The notes: generated by a model from the sequence alone, not told the origin. Shown: positions 33,010 through 44,223, counted from the stretch's first letter. The stretch is DNA of 64,000 nucleotides from Patescibacteria group bacterium (GCA_004297735.1 SCTI01000001.1:115467-179466), one strand, 5' to 3'. Made by a program: numbers and translations.

Positions 33010-33546
33010 ATGAGTCGAATTGGACGCAGCCCAATTGAAGTTCCAGCTGGTGTTACGGTTGAAATTACCGATAGCCAAGTTACTGCTCGCGGCCCTAAGG
33101 GCGAGCTATCGGTAGCTTTGATGCCTGGACTAGAAGTTAAGCAACAGGATAGCGTGCTACAGGTTAGTCGCCCGGTTGAAAACGCCGAAACCCAGCGTAC
33201 CTTTGGCTTGCAGCGTACTCTAATCAACAACATTGTGGTTGGAGTTAGCAAGGGCTATGAGCGACGCCTCGAGATTAACGGCGTTGGCTACCGCGCTAAC
33301 GTAGCCGGACAGACCGTCAACCTTACACTAGGTTACTCGCACCCAATTGCCTTCAATCTGCCGCAGGGCATTGAAGCAAAGGTTGAAAAGAACATAATTG
33401 TAATCAGTGGCGCCGATAAGCAACAGGTTGGCCAGGTTGCGGCTAACATTCGCGCCCTGCGCAAGCCGGAGCCTTATAAGGGCAAAGGAATTAAGTACGT
33501 CGAAGAGCACATTCGACGCAAGGCCGGAAAGGCGGCAGCAAAGTAA
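33010..33546 (+). CDS. rplF: 50S ribosomal protein L6
   Basis: [16 protein letters not shown]. Confidence 0.99.
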   Translation: MSRIGRSPIEVPAGVTVEITDSQVTARGPKGELSVALMPGLEVKQQDSVLQVSRPVENAETQRTFGLQRTLINNIVVGVSKGYERRLEINGVGYRANVAGQTVNLTLGYSHPIAFNLPQGIEAKVEKNIIVISGADKQQVGQVAANIRALRKPEPYKGKGIKYVEEHIRRKAGKAAAK

Positions 33547-33547
33547 G

Positions 33548-33889
33548 ATGAGTAAGATGATGATTTCACCAGCACAACAGCGACGACGTCGCGTTCGAGC
33601 CAAGGTCCAGGGCACTACCCAGCGACCCCGATTAAGTGTGTTTGTAAGCAATCGCCAGGTATCGGCTCAGCTTATTGATGACAGCCAGGGAGTCACGCTA
33701 GCTAGCGTTACTTCTCTAGGTACTACCGGCACAATGACCGAAAAGGCCACCAAGGTTGGTGAGCAAATTGCGGCAGCTGCCAGCAAAAAGAAAATTAGCG
33801 CCGTGGTGTTTGATCGCGGTTCTCGACTGTATCATGGGCGGCTTGACGCTCTAGCTACCGCCGCGCGCAACAAAGGACTGGAGTTTTAA
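33548..33889 (+). CDS. rplR: 50S ribosomal protein L18
   Basis: [20 protein letters not shown]; start set at ATG 33548. Confidence 0.97.
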   Translation: MSKMMISPAQQRRRRVRAKVQGTTQRPRLSVFVSNRQVSAQLIDDSQGVTLASVTSLGTTGTMTEKATKVGEQIAAAASKKKISAVVFDRGSRLYHGRLDALATAARNKGLEF

Positions 33890-34414
33890 ATGGCAATTCA
33901 AGCTCAACCAAAAGAGTTCGAAGAGAAAGTAATTGCAATCGACCGAGTCGCTCGAGTGGTTAAAGGCGGTCGACGTTTCCGCTTCCGTGCCATCGTAGTG
34001 ATTGGTGATGGCAAGGGCCGAGTTGGTCTTGGTATTGGTAAGGGCGGTGAGGTTATTACCGCGATTGCTAAGGCGGTTTCCCGAGCACGCCGCAACTTGA
34101 TTACCGTGCCAATTCATAACGGGACCATCCCTCATGAGGTAAAGGTACGTTTTTCTGGCGCCCATGTACTGCTTAAGCCCGCCTCAGAAGGTACCGGTGT
34201 GATTGCCGGAGGGGCGGTACGTAACGTGGTGGAGGTAGCCGGTATTCACAACCTGCTAACCAAGTCACTTGGTTCGACCAACAAGGTTAACAATGCGTAT
34301 GCCACCATTATGGCGTTGTCGCAGCTGCAAGAAGTGCCTGCAAGTAGCAAGCCAAAGGCCGATTCTAAGCCAAAGGCGACTGCCAGTAAGACCAAAGAAG
34401 CTGCGGTAGCCTAG
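33890..34414 (+). CDS. rpsE: 30S ribosomal protein S5
   Basis: [19 protein letters not shown]. Confidence 0.99.
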   Translation: MAIQAQPKEFEEKVIAIDRVARVVKGGRRFRFRAIVVIGDGKGRVGLGIGKGGEVITAIAKAVSRARRNLITVPIHNGTIPHEVKVRFSGAHVLLKPASEGTGVIAGGAVRNVVEVAGIHNLLTKSLGSTNKVNNAYATIMALSQLQEVPASSKPKADSKPKATASKTKEAAVA

Positions 34415-34422
34415 GAGATTTT

Positions 34423-34908
34423 ATGAAGATTCACGAACTTACAGTCACCAAAAAGGCAAACTCAAAGCGAGTTGGTCGCGGTATTGGTTCCGGCACCGGT
34501 AAGACCGCCGGTCGCGGTACTAAAGGTCAGAACTCACGTAGCGGCGGTGGCGTACGACCCGGTTTTGAGGGTGGTCAAAACCCCCTCGCCAAGCGTCTGC
34601 CTAAAAAGCGCGGTTTCCGTTCGCTCAATCCAACCAATTACGCCGCTATTAATTTGGCACGTCTTGATGAGCTCAAGGCTGGATCAACCGTGACCAACCA
34701 ATCGTTGGCGCAGGACGGCTGGGTTGACGATGTCCATACTCCAGTTAAAATTCTGGGTAAGGGTACGCTTACCAAAAAGCTGACAGTTCAGCTCCAAGCC
34801 GCTTCGGCAACTGCCCAGCAGGCAATCGAAAAGGCTGGTGGCAGCTTTGTAGCCACCGCGCTGGCTAAGCGCCCCAAACAGCCATCGGCACGTAATCGAA
34901 AGTCGTAA
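34423..34908 (+). CDS. rplO: 50S ribosomal protein L15
   Basis: RVGRGIGSG.GKTAGRG, FEGGQ. Confidence 0.98.
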   Translation: MKIHELTVTKKANSKRVGRGIGSGTGKTAGRGTKGQNSRSGGGVRPGFEGGQNPLAKRLPKKRGFRSLNPTNYAAINLARLDELKAGSTVTNQSLAQDGWVDDVHTPVKILGKGTLTKKLTVQLQAASATAQQAIEKAGGSFVATALAKRPKQPSARNRKS

Positions 34909-34911
34909 AAT

Positions 34912-36234
34912 ATGACACTGAGGGTTTTTAGAGAAGCGTTTCGTTCGCCAGACCTACGGCGACGAATCTTGTTTGTGCTTGGCATAGTGGTGATTTACCG
35001 CTTCCTGTCTTATGTTCCGGTTCCAGTGCCCGACAATGCTGCTCTGGCCCAGTTTCTAGAGAGGCTATTTAATAGCAGCCAGCTGCTTGGCTTTGCTAAC
35101 CTGTTTACCGGGGGTAGCTTGGGTAACTTCTCGATTGTAATGATGAGCCTGGGGCCGTATATTAACGCTTCAATCGTGATGCAGCTGTTTACTAAAATTA
35201 TTCCCTCGCTAGAGGCGCTAAGCAAAGAGGGTGAGAGCGGCCAACGCAAAATTATTCAGTACACCAGGCTGCTCACGCTACCGTTTGCCATCTTGCAGGC
35301 GATTGGAATGGTCATATTGATCCGCCAAAGCTCAATCCAGATCGCGCAAACCGATTTAATTGGCAACCCGGACTTGGCGCAGTGGTTCCTGATGATTACG
35401 GTGATGACGGCTGGTAGCATGCTGCTGATGTGGCTGGGGGAGTTGATTACCGAAAAAGGCGTCGGCAACGGAATTTCAATTATCATTTTAGCCAGCATCG
35501 TCTCAACCCTACCGGGCACCTTTGGGCAGTCGTTGGATCTAGCGGCTAACGATAGCACCAAGATAATTCAGATTATACTGTTTGCGGCCGGTGCGCTGGC
35601 GGTAATTATGGCGATGGTGTATCTAAATGAGGGTCAGCGATCGATACCGGTGTCGTATGCGCGTCGAGCCCGCGATAATCGTATTTACTCGGGGGTAGAT
35701 ACTCATCTGCCAATTCGCTTGATTACAGCCGGGGTTATTCCAATCATCTTTGCGCTGGCATTTTTGGCGGTACCACCGTTCTTGGGGCAGCTGCTTAGTG
35801 GTGCCAGTACTCCATGGGTAGCAGGCTTCGCTCAGTGGCTGACCACCACCTTTGCCACCACCAATCCCTGGTATGCTGCCGCTTACTTTGGACTGGTAGT
35901 GGTCTTTACCTTCTTTTACACCTCTATTGTGTTTAACGCTAAGGACATTGCTGAGCGGATTCAAAAGCAGGGAGGGTTTATTCCCGGTATCAGGCCGGGT
36001 AACGAGACCGCCAAGTACCTGGCAAACGTGGTCAACCGCCTGACGTTAACCGGAGCGGTAGCGCTTGGTTTAATCGCGATTCTGCCCTTTGTGGTTGAGC
36101 GCTTAACCAATACCCAGTCTTTGACCATTGGGGGTACCAGTTTGCTGATTATTGTGAGTGTAGCGCTTGAGACGATGAAGCAGATTGAGTCGCGGCTGAT
36201 CCAGACTAGTTATGACGGCTATAATGTTCGTTAA
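34912..36234 (+). CDS. secY: preprotein translocase SecY
   Basis: LGPYINASI, GVGNGISI, FIPGIRPG. Confidence 0.99.
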   Translation: MTLRVFREAFRSPDLRRRILFVLGIVVIYRFLSYVPVPVPDNAALAQFLERLFNSSQLLGFANLFTGGSLGNFSIVMMSLGPYINASIVMQLFTKIIPSLEALSKEGESGQRKIIQYTRLLTLPFAILQAIGMVILIRQSSIQIAQTDLIGNPDLAQWFLMITVMTAGSMLLMWLGELITEKGVGNGISIIILASIVSTLPGTFGQSLDLAANDSTKIIQIILFAAGALAVIMAMVYLNEGQRSIPVSYARRARDNRIYSGVDTHLPIRLITAGVIPIIFALAFLAVPPFLGQLLSGASTPWVAGFAQWLTTTFATTNPWYAAAYFGLVVVFTFFYTSIVFNAKDIAERIQKQGGFIPGIRPGNETAKYLANVVNRLTLTGAVALGLIAILPFVVERLTNTQSLTIGGTSLLIIVSVALETMKQIESRLIQTSYDGYNVR

Positions 36235-36286
36235 AACTCTTTACAGATCAGGTAAAAAAACATATAATACCCAATTGTAGCTCACT

Positions 36287-36511
36287 ATGGCAGGAACAAA
36301 GGAAGTAATCGAATTCACCGGGACCGTTCTGGAGACCCTACCAAACGCAATGTTTAAGGTAGAGCTTGAGAACGGCCACGTTATTTTAGCCCACATCTCG
36401 GGCAAAATGCGCATGCATTATATTCGGATACTTCCCGGTGACAAAGTGACGGTGCAGATGACCCCATACGACCTATCTAAGGGCCGTATAACCTATCGTC
36501 ATAGGAATTAA
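36287..36511 (+). CDS. infA: translation initiation factor IF-1
   Basis: [20 protein letters not shown]. Confidence 0.99.
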   Translation: MAGTKEVIEFTGTVLETLPNAMFKVELENGHVILAHISGKMRMHYIRILPGDKVTVQMTPYDLSKGRITYRHRN

Positions 36512-36528
36512 AGGATTAAGGGAAACAG

Positions 36529-36642
36529 ATGAAGGTACGCGCTAGCGCCAAAAAAATGTGCTCAAAGTGTAAGATCGTTCGACGACAAGGAACGGTGTAT
36601 GTTATCTGTGATGACCCAAAGCATAAGCAGAGGCAGGGCTAA
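36529..36642 (+). CDS. rpmJ: 50S ribosomal protein L36 (not in ORF track)
   Basis: Hand translation [37 protein letters not shown]. Confidence 0.97.
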   Translation: MKVRASAKKMCSKCKIVRRQGTVYVICDDPKHKQRQG

Positions 36643-37029
36643 ATGGCACGTATCGCTGGCGTAAACATTCCAACCGGTAAAAGAGTAGAGATAGCACTTA
36701 CCTCTATCTACGGCGTTGGTTTGAGCACTAGTCAAAAGATTCTAGCTGAGACCGGCATTGATCCTAGCACTCGAGTTAAGGATTTAACCGAGTCGGAGAT
36801 TTCTAAGCTGCGAGAAGCGATTGATAAGCAGCTAACCGTTGAAGGTGACTTGCAGCGTTTGGTATCGCTATCAATTGGTCGTCTCAAGGAAATCAACTCC
36901 TATCGCGGCCTGCGCCACAAGAACAGCTTGCCGGCTCGGGGTCAGCGCACCAAGACCAACGCTCGAACCAAGCGTGGCAAAAAGGTAACCATGGGTAGTG
37001 GCCGTAAGAAGGCTGCGGCAAAGACCTAA
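36643..37029 (+). CDS. rpsM: 30S ribosomal protein S13
   Basis: [19 protein letters not shown]. Confidence 0.99.
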   Translation: MARIAGVNIPTGKRVEIALTSIYGVGLSTSQKILAETGIDPSTRVKDLTESEISKLREAIDKQLTVEGDLQRLVSLSIGRLKEINSYRGLRHKNSLPARGQRTKTNARTKRGKKVTMGSGRKKAAAKT

Positions 37030-37053
37030 AATTTACGAGGAATATAAGAGATA

Positions 37054-37452
37054 ATGGCAACCAAAACCGCATCTAAATCAAATCGTCGTCGCAAGGCTAA
37101 GCGCACACTGTCAACCGGACAGATGCACGTCCATGCGACCTTCAACAACACCATCATCAGCATGACCGATGAGCAGGGTGGAGTGGTTGGCTGGGCTAGC
37201 GCCGGCGGTAGTGGTTTCCGCGGTTCACGCAAGTCTACCCCTTATGCTGCTCAGGTAGCAGCAGAGCGAGTCGCCAACCTCGCCAAAGACATGGGCTTGC
37301 AGCGAGTAGCGGTACAGGTTCGAGGTATTGGCAGCGGTCGCGAATCCGCGATTCGAGCGCTGTCAGCGGTTGGCATTCAAGTAACCAGCATTAAAGATGT
37401 GACCGGCATTCCGCACAACGGTTGTCGTCCACGTAAGCCGAGGAGAGTGTAG
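37054..37452 (+). CDS. rpsK: 30S ribosomal protein S11
   Basis: ATFNNTI, KSTPYAA, PHNGCRP. Confidence 0.99.
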   Translation: MATKTASKSNRRRKAKRTLSTGQMHVHATFNNTIISMTDEQGGVVGWASAGGSGFRGSRKSTPYAAQVAAERVANLAKDMGLQRVAVQVRGIGSGRESAIRALSAVGIQVTSIKDVTGIPHNGCRPRKPRRV

Positions 37453-37453
37453 T

Positions 37454-38071
37454 ATGGCTCGCGATTTAGCCCCAATTGTTAAGCGCTCTCGCCGCGAAAA
37501 GGTAGCTTTGCACCCTAAGGCGGTTAAGGGACTGACCCTGCGTAATTACGCACCGGGTGAGCACGGTCAAACCACCATGCGCGCCAAGCAGAGCGAGTAC
37601 GCCCTGCAGCTGCGTGAAAAGCAAAAGGTAAAGCGCATGTACGGCTTGCTCGAAAAGCAGTTTCGTCGCGTGGTAGCTGAGGCCGATCGTCGTCCTGGCG
37701 TAACCGGTGAGAACCTATTGCAAATCCTGGAGCAGCGACTAGATAACGCCATCTACCGACTCAACTGGGCGATTAGTCGTCAGGCCGCTCGTCAGGTTGT
37801 GACCCACGGTCACGTTATGCTAAACGGTCGTCGTGTGGATATCCCTTCGATTCAGCTAAAGCCAGGTGATGAACTTGAGATTCGTCCTAAAAGTGCTTCT
37901 AACGCCTACTTTACTACTCGTAAGCAGGAGCTAGAGAATGATCAAACCGCCATCAGTTGGTTGAGCGGAGATCATAAGAAGCTGAAGGCTAAGGTAACCG
38001 GTACCCCGTCACGTGAAGACGTGATTGAGGAGATAACAGAGCAATTAATCGTTGAGTTCTACTCAAGGTAA
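37454..38071 (+). CDS. rpsD: 30S ribosomal protein S4
   Basis: QLREKQK, EQRLDN, IVEFYSR. Confidence 0.99.
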   Translation: MARDLAPIVKRSRREKVALHPKAVKGLTLRNYAPGEHGQTTMRAKQSEYALQLREKQKVKRMYGLLEKQFRRVVAEADRRPGVTGENLLQILEQRLDNAIYRLNWAISRQAARQVVTHGHVMLNGRRVDIPSIQLKPGDELEIRPKSASNAYFTTRKQELENDQTAISWLSGDHKKLKAKVTGTPSREDVIEEITEQLIVEFYSR

Positions 38072-38093
38072 GTAATAAGGAAGGAATAAGAAG

Positions 38094-39047
38094 GTGTTGT
38101 ACGACATTCAACTACCCAATCTAACCACCACTAAAGAGGATGGCAACCGCGCAACCTTTGCGATTGAGCCACTCCACCCTGGCTATGGTATGACTTTGGG
38201 AAACTCGCTTCGCCGTGTGATTCTTTCAAGCTTAGGCGGTGCAGCTGTTACCGCGGTTAAGATTGACGGCGTGTCACATGAGTTTTCGACAATTGACGGC
38301 GTAAAAGAGGATGTGGTCGAAATCATTCTCAACCTTAAGCGATTGCGCTTTAAGGTATACAGTGACGAGCCGCAGTATCTGATGCTGACCAAAAAAGGTA
38401 AGGGCGAGGTTACCGCAGGTGACATCAAGACCAATGCCGATGTTGAGATCGTAAATGCAGATCAGGTTATTGCAACCATCGACAACGATAAAACACAGGT
38501 TGGCATGGAAATTAAGATCGAAAAAGGCCGAGGTTACGTGCCGGTAGAAGCCCGCGAGAACGAGAAGCTTGAGGTTGGCATGATTGCGGTTGACGCTCTC
38601 TACAGCCCGGTTAAGCGCGTTCGTTACAACGTTGAAAATACCCGCGTGGGTCAGGCTACCGACCTAGACCGCTTGGTGCTTGAGATTGAGACCGATGGCT
38701 CAATCACCCCTCATGATGCCGTACAGCAAGCCGCTCAGGTTTTAGTTGGTCACTTTGGCGTGGTATCCGGCCAGCCGGCCGCTGCTGCTAGCGCTTCGGC
38801 CGCTACTCCTAAATCTAGCGACGAGGCTGGAGACAGCAAAGCCGCTAGCATCATGATTGAGGAGGTTAACTTTACCCCTCGTACCACCAACGCTTTACTG
38901 AACAACGAAATTCGTACCGTTGCCGATCTGTTGATGCTAAGCGATACCGAACTCAAGGAGCTTAAGGGCTTTGGCGCTAAGGCTTACGATGAGGTTCGCG
39001 ACAAGATCGTTGAGCTTGGCTTTAACCGCGAGGCAGAGGTAGACTAA
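38094..39047 (+). CDS. rpoA: RNA polymerase alpha subunit
   Basis: EPLHPGYGMTLGNSLRR, alpha-CTD. Confidence 0.99.
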   Translation: MLYDIQLPNLTTTKEDGNRATFAIEPLHPGYGMTLGNSLRRVILSSLGGAAVTAVKIDGVSHEFSTIDGVKEDVVEIILNLKRLRFKVYSDEPQYLMLTKKGKGEVTAGDIKTNADVEIVNADQVIATIDNDKTQVGMEIKIEKGRGYVPVEARENEKLEVGMIAVDALYSPVKRVRYNVENTRVGQATDLDRLVLEIETDGSITPHDAVQQAAQVLVGHFGVVSGQPAAAASASAATPKSSDEAGDSKAASIMIEEVNFTPRTTNALLNNEIRTVADLLMLSDTELKELKGFGAKAYDEVRDKIVELGFNREAEVD

Positions 39048-39541
39048 TGCATCGCCACGGTTACAAAGGTCGTAAGTTACAGCGAGCCGCCGGTCCACGT
39101 CGGGCATTGGTGCGAGGTCAGATTACCTCGCTGGTGCTACACGAGCAAATTACGACTACCGTAGCCAAGGCCAAGGAGATCGCTCCTCAGTTCGAAAAAC
39201 TGGTTACCAAGGCTAAAAAGGGTGATTTGCACAATCGTCGTCTGATTCGGGCGGTGTTGCTGACCGATAAGGCTACCACTAAGTTGGTTGAGGAGATCGC
39301 ACCGGCGTTTAAGAATCGAGAAGGTGGTTACACCCGGATTGTTAAGTTGGGGAACCGACTAGGTGATAATGCACCTATGGCTGCGGTTATGTTAACCGAC
39401 AAGCCACAGCGCGTTGCCGAAAAGCCCAAGGCTAAGCCGGCTACCAAAAAGCCAGCAGCCAAGAAGGCGGAAGCCGACTCGGCTAAGGCTAAGAAGCCAG
39501 CCGCCAAAAAGGCACCAGCCAAGAAGGAGGCAGCTAAGTGA
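39047..39541 (+). CDS. rplQ: 50S ribosomal protein L17 with Lys/Ala/Pro-rich tail
   Basis: [22 protein letters not shown]. Confidence 0.98.
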   Translation: MHRHGYKGRKLQRAAGPRRALVRGQITSLVLHEQITTTVAKAKEIAPQFEKLVTKAKKGDLHNRRLIRAVLLTDKATTKLVEEIAPAFKNREGGYTRIVKLGNRLGDNAPMAAVMLTDKPQRVAEKPKAKPATKKPAAKKAEADSAKAKKPAAKKAPAKKEAAK

Positions 39542-39975
39542 AAACCTTTTCCGTAAAACCAAGTGAAACCACTCACGATTGGTACGTGATTGATGCTAGC
39601 AACCAAACTTTGGGTCGTCTGGCTACCGAGGTCGCCCGCCACTTGATTGGTAAGCACAAGCCGACCTACACGCCGCACATTGATGGTGGTGATAATGTGG
39701 TGGTCATTAATGCCGCCCAAGTAAAGGTTACCGGCAACAAGATGGCCGATAAAAAGTATTACCGACATTCCGGTTACCCAGGCGGATTGACCGAGCTCAC
39801 GCTCGAAGAGATGATGCAAAAACACCCAACTCGTGCCGTTGAGTATGCGGTTAAGGGCATGTTGCCAAAAAACCGTTTGCAAGACGTACGTCTCAAGCGT
39901 CTACGTGTGTACGCCACCGCTGAGCACCCGCATGACCCACAGCAACCCAAGACCTTAGGAGAGATTAATGGCTGA
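39538..39975 (+). CDS. rplM: 50S ribosomal protein L13
   Basis: [23 protein letters not shown]. Confidence 0.99.
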   Translation: MKTFSVKPSETTHDWYVIDASNQTLGRLATEVARHLIGKHKPTYTPHIDGGDNVVVINAAQVKVTGNKMADKKYYRHSGYPGGLTELTLEEMMQKHPTRAVEYAVKGMLPKNRLQDVRLKRLRVYATAEHPHDPQQPKTLGEING

Positions 39976-40372
39976 AGCAGCTAAAGAAAAGTATTTTTAC
40001 GGAGTTGGTCGTCGCAAAGAGGCGATTGCTACCGCCCGACTTTACCAGGGTGGAGGTGAGATTATGATTGGCGAGGAGACTGCCGGAGCCTACTTCAATA
40101 ATGAGGCTTTTGTGCAGCTATTGGAGCAGCCAATTGAGCTAACCGGTCACGCTAAGAAGCTTAAAGTCACCCTTAAGGTTAGCGGTGGGGGTAAGCGCGG
40201 CCAGGCCGAAGCTGCCCGTCTGGCAATTGCTCGCGCCCTTGAAGTTAAAGACGAAGGTTTGCGCACCACCCTTAAAAAGGCTGGCTATCTAACTCGCGAT
40301 CCACGTGAGAAAGAACGTAAAAAGCCTGGTCTCAAGCGCGCCCGTAAGGCACCTCAGTTTAGTAAGCGTTAA
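39968..40372 (+). CDS. rpsI: 30S ribosomal protein S9
   Basis: GRRKEA, ERKKPGL, QFSKR. Confidence 0.99.
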   Translation: MAEAAKEKYFYGVGRRKEAIATARLYQGGGEIMIGEETAGAYFNNEAFVQLLEQPIELTGHAKKLKVTLKVSGGGKRGQAEAARLAIARALEVKDEGLRTTLKKAGYLTRDPREKERKKPGLKRARKAPQFSKR

Positions 40373-40420
40373 GCTTATTGTCGTATAGCCAGGCAAGCGT
40401 AACCATTATATAATGATGGG

Positions 40421-41410
40421 GTGAGCGCATATCATACACCCTGGAAAATACTAGGTTTTACCGTCCTGGCAGTTGTCGTTGGGACCGTTGGGTTTATGCA
40501 TTTTGAAGGTTTATCGCTGGGTGATGCTAGTTACCAGTCGATGTTGATTATGCTGCGACACTATGGACACGTTGAGCTGCATGATCCAGCGGCCCGAGTA
40601 TTAAACATTCTATTAATTATTTCTAGTTTGGCTATCATCGGCTATTTGATTAAGTGGATGGCTGAATATATGATGGGTGTAAGCGATAATGTACGGAAAA
40701 GACGATTGGCGGCAAAAGTTAAAAAAATGAGACAGCACTATATTATTTGTGGATTAGGCCGCGTTGGCAGCCAGGTTGCGCGCGAGATGGCGATTGAAGA
40801 AATTGAGTTTATTGGGATGGATCGCGACCAGGCCAAGGTAGGTGACGCGGTTGGTTTGGGTTACACCGCTTTTCAGGCCGACAGCACTTCAGAACAAGCT
40901 TTGCGCGAAGCCGGCATCGATCACGCAGCCGGAGTGGTAGCGAGTTTGGGTGATGATTCAGCCAACCTGCTGGTAACCCTGGCGGCGCGGGCCATCAACC
41001 CCGATATCTACATTGTGGCGCGAGCCAACCGGGCGGAAAATGAGGTTAAGTTAAAGCGTGCTGGGGCCGATCGCGTTGCCTTGCCATACCAAATTGGAGG
41101 CTACCACATGGCCTCCATGGCGTTGCGACCGAGTGTGGTCGACTATATGGACATTGTGAGTAGCTCGGGTGCAAGTACCGACCTACAGGTTGAGGAAATG
41201 GTGGTTGGCGACGGTTCGCGCCTGGCCGGGCATCATCTGGGCAAGGCTTTGACAGAAGGAGCAATTGGCGCAACTGTGATTGCAATTAACGGCTCTGATG
41301 GCACCAGCAAGGTTAGGCCAACCGGCAATGAGGTGATTTACCCGGGTGATCGCTTAATAATTCTTGGAGCCAAAGCCGACCTCAACAAGGCCTCCGCCTT
41401 AATCCGATGA
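40421..41410 (+). CDS. MthK/Kch-like channel protein (2TM + RCK/TrkA-N and TrkA-C domains)
   Basis: HYIICGLGRVG Rossmann motif, TrkA-C tail; pore filter degenerate. Confidence 0.85.
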   Translation: MSAYHTPWKILGFTVLAVVVGTVGFMHFEGLSLGDASYQSMLIMLRHYGHVELHDPAARVLNILLIISSLAIIGYLIKWMAEYMMGVSDNVRKRRLAAKVKKMRQHYIICGLGRVGSQVAREMAIEEIEFIGMDRDQAKVGDAVGLGYTAFQADSTSEQALREAGIDHAAGVVASLGDDSANLLVTLAARAINPDIYIVARANRAENEVKLKRAGADRVALPYQIGGYHMASMALRPSVVDYMDIVSSSGASTDLQVEEMVVGDGSRLAGHHLGKALTEGAIGATVIAINGSDGTSKVRPTGNEVIYPGDRLIILGAKADLNKASALIR

Positions 41411-42291
41411 GTCAGGCCCAGCGTATTCCGGAATCGGCGGCGGGTCAGCGGCTGGATGTCGCCTTGAGCCAGCTGCTTGGTCAAACTCGCAGCCAGGTCC
41501 AGCGGATGCTCAAGGAACAGAGGGTGAAGGTAGATTCAGAGCTACGCCCAGCTAAGTGGCAGGTTGAAGGGGGAGAGCAGATAACTGTGACCCAACCCGA
41601 ACCGCAAGTTGGTTTTGAGGCACCCGATTTAACGATTTTATACGAAGATGATGACGTCATGGCAATTGATAAGCCTGCCGGCCTGGTGGTGCATGATACC
41701 GAAACCGGTCGCATGCAGCCAACGGTGGCGGCCTTTGCTGCGGCTCAAGGCGTAGAGGACGATGACGATGACCGCCAAGGTATTGTTCACCGCCTCGACA
41801 AGGACACCTCCGGGGTGATGTTGCTGGCCAAAAACCCCAAGGCTAAAGCTTACTTGCAGCAACAGTTTCGTGAACGTAAGGTAGACAAGCGCTATATTGC
41901 GCTAGTACGGGGGCGCTTAAACGAAGATGAAGCGACTATTAAACTGCCAATTGGCCGCAATCGAACCACTCCCATTAAGAGGGCGGTGCTGCCGCATGGT
42001 CGCCAAGCGGTCACTCACTACCAGGTGCTTGAGCGATTAGCCGGTGCCTGTTTGGTCTCAATTGGTCTAGAAACCGGCCGAACACACCAGATTAGAGTTC
42101 ATTTTGCTCATTTAGGGCATCCGGTGGTGGGAGACACTCTTTATGGCGAACCAACTCCTGGTTTGAACCGCCAGTTTTTGCACGCCGAGCAGATTGAGTT
42201 TGTAGCACCGTCAGGTAAGACGGTTAAGGTGAGTAGCCCCCTGCCACAAGAGCTTAGCGACTACCTTGATGCCTTGCGTAACAAGGTATAA
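41407..42291 (+). CDS. rluD: RluA/RluD-family pseudouridine synthase
   Basis: N-terminal S4 domain, KPAGLVVH, HRLDKDTSG, GRTHQIRVH. Confidence 0.9.
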   Translation: MSQAQRIPESAAGQRLDVALSQLLGQTRSQVQRMLKEQRVKVDSELRPAKWQVEGGEQITVTQPEPQVGFEAPDLTILYEDDDVMAIDKPAGLVVHDTETGRMQPTVAAFAAAQGVEDDDDDRQGIVHRLDKDTSGVMLLAKNPKAKAYLQQQFRERKVDKRYIALVRGRLNEDEATIKLPIGRNRTTPIKRAVLPHGRQAVTHYQVLERLAGACLVSIGLETGRTHQIRVHFAHLGHPVVGDTLYGEPTPGLNRQFLHAEQIEFVAPSGKTVKVSSPLPQELSDYLDALRNKV

Positions 42292-42298
42292 TGGGTTC

Positions 42299-43189
42299 AT
42301 GAAGCTGTTTGTCCACCCTCAGACTGACTCACAAATAAACGCGCTCATAAAACACCCGAAGCGTACGGTATTGCTGTTTGGCCCGGAAGGCGTGGGCAAG
42401 TTTACGGTTGCTCGCGAGATAGCTCGGCGTTTAACCTGTGCTGGTTGCGAAAATGGCAGCTGTAGCGCCTGCGTACTGGCCGCCGTCGGTTCTAGCCCAA
42501 ACATTATCTTGGTTGAACCAGATGCTAAGAACACAATTGGCGTACAAGCGGTTCACCAGCTTCATCACACCCTTAATTATCGACCATATGGCGACAACCA
42601 GCGTCGGATAGCGATTATTCATAATGCCGACAGTTTAAGCCTGCCGGCTCAAAATGCGTTGCTCAAGCTGCTCGAAGAACCTCCGGTGGACACCTTGCTG
42701 ATTTTGACTGCCATTGACCGAACCGCCCTACTGGATACGGTGGTGTCGCGCTGTCGTTTGCTGTACGTGCCGCCACTTTCGGTTAAGGCGATTGAGGGTT
42801 TCTTGTTAGAGCAGTACGGTATTGACCAGCAGGCCGCTCGTCACGCCGCTACTCTTAGTCATGGCGCGGTTGGCAAGGCCATTAGGTTGGTTCGGGACGT
42901 CGACCAGCTTCAACACGCTCAGCAGATTCAACAAACCGCTCAAGGGTTGGTTGAGGGCCAACTGTTTGACCGGCTGCAGGTAGCCGCCACGCTAGCCACG
43001 GCACCACAGCAGATCCCAGAATGCCTAAGCGCGCTTGCCGATTTAGCGCACTTTCAAGCTCGTCATGCCGACCGATTGCTACCGGAGCCGCTTGAGGCGA
43101 TCCAAAAGCTTCAGCAGCGGCTAAAAGCCCATATCGCTCCGCGCGTTGCGCTTGAGGCCTATGTGCTGGAGGCGGGAGTAAGTACGTGA
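42299..43189 (+). CDS. holB: DNA polymerase III delta' subunit
   Basis: GPEGVGK, Zn cysteines, AQNALLKLLEEPP, TVVSRC. Confidence 0.88.
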   Translation: MKLFVHPQTDSQINALIKHPKRTVLLFGPEGVGKFTVAREIARRLTCAGCENGSCSACVLAAVGSSPNIILVEPDAKNTIGVQAVHQLHHTLNYRPYGDNQRRIAIIHNADSLSLPAQNALLKLLEEPPVDTLLILTAIDRTALLDTVVSRCRLLYVPPLSVKAIEGFLLEQYGIDQQAARHAATLSHGAVGKAIRLVRDVDQLQHAQQIQQTAQGLVEGQLFDRLQVAATLATAPQQIPECLSALADLAHFQARHADRLLPEPLEAIQKLQQRLKAHIAPRVALEAYVLEAGVST

Positions 43190-43836
43190 TTGGCTTACTG
43201 ATTATCGCCGCGGCCGCCTTCTTTTTATTCCGGCTGCTTGGTGGCGCGCCAAAGCTTCGGTTAAACCCCAAGGCACCCGCTGTCGCCAACCAAAACAAGA
43301 TTGAGGAGCTCACCGATTACGCTCGACGTTTACGGGCGGCCGGCAAATATACCGCCGCCGAAAAGGTTTATATGCAAATCCTTAAAATAGATCATCGCCA
43401 TGTTCAAACTTACAGCCGGATGGGGACTCTTTACTCGGCCCAGCGGAACTATCCTGATGCGATTGAGGCATTCGAGATGTCGACCAAGCTCAAGCCGTCT
43501 GGCACGACTTACTATAATTTAGGGTTGGCTTTCTTTGAAAATCGTAACTACATGAAGGCCGCGGCGGCTTTCGAAAAGGCGGTGATGTTTGAGCCAACGC
43601 TGCAGCGCTATATTGGGCTAGCCAAAACCTTTAAAAAGCTTGATAACAACCCCCGGATGATACAAGCTTTAGAGCAGGCGGTACAGCTTGAGGCGAGTCC
43701 AAGGGTTTTGTGGCTACTGGCTGATGCTTACGAAGCCAGTCGTCAGCCAGCTAAGGCCGAAGCCGTGCGCAAGCAAATAGCCACTCTTGACCCGAGTGAC
43801 GAGCGCTTACGCCGCCAAAAGCCGACTCGCATCTAG
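43186..43836 (+). CDS. membrane-anchored TPR protein
   Basis: N-terminal TM; repeated YxxLG...A...F..A TPR pattern. Confidence 0.8.
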   Translation: MIGLLIIAAAAFFLFRLLGGAPKLRLNPKAPAVANQNKIEELTDYARRLRAAGKYTAAEKVYMQILKIDHRHVQTYSRMGTLYSAQRNYPDAIEAFEMSTKLKPSGTTYYNLGLAFFENRNYMKAAAAFEKAVMFEPTLQRYIGLAKTFKKLDNNPRMIQALEQAVQLEASPRVLWLLADAYEASRQPAKAEAVRKQIATLDPSDERLRRQKPTRI

Positions 43837-43919
43837 CCTAAAAGCTGGTTGAATGTTCCAGGTTAAAATGCTATGCTAATTCGGTTGAAAGACAGCTGGC
43901 CGACCGAGGTATGCGTCCT

Positions 43920-43994
43920 GCCGACGTAGCTCAATGGTAGAGCAACAGTTTTGTAAACTGTAGGTTGCGGGTTCAATTCCTGTCGTCGGCTCCA
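43920..43994 (+). tRNA. tRNA-Thr(UGU)
   Basis: Cloverleaf, ACAGT-TT-TGT-AA-ACTGT anticodon arm, encoded CCA. Confidence 0.95.
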
Positions 43995-44004
43995 GAAAAT
44001 CTAT

Positions 44005-44090
44005 GCCGGGTTACCCAAGCGGTCAACGGGGGCAGACTGTAAATCTGCTGGCGTACGCCTTCGGGAGTTCGAATCTCTCACCCGGCACCA
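44005..44090 (+). tRNA. tRNA-Tyr(GUA)
   Basis: GCAGA-CT-GTA-AA-TCTGC, long variable arm, encoded CCA. Confidence 0.95.
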
Positions 44091-44104
44091 AATTGCATCA
44101 TCTC

Positions 44105-44179
<75 letters not shown>

Positions 44180-44223
44180 TGTAATTTTTATGGTATAATT
44201 ATAGTAAATAACCGAGAAAAACA

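Noticed and set aside
33542..33559. Tandem AGTAAGATG duplication at the rplF/rplR junction
   Set aside because: Only two 9-nt copies, in frame; affects start choice only
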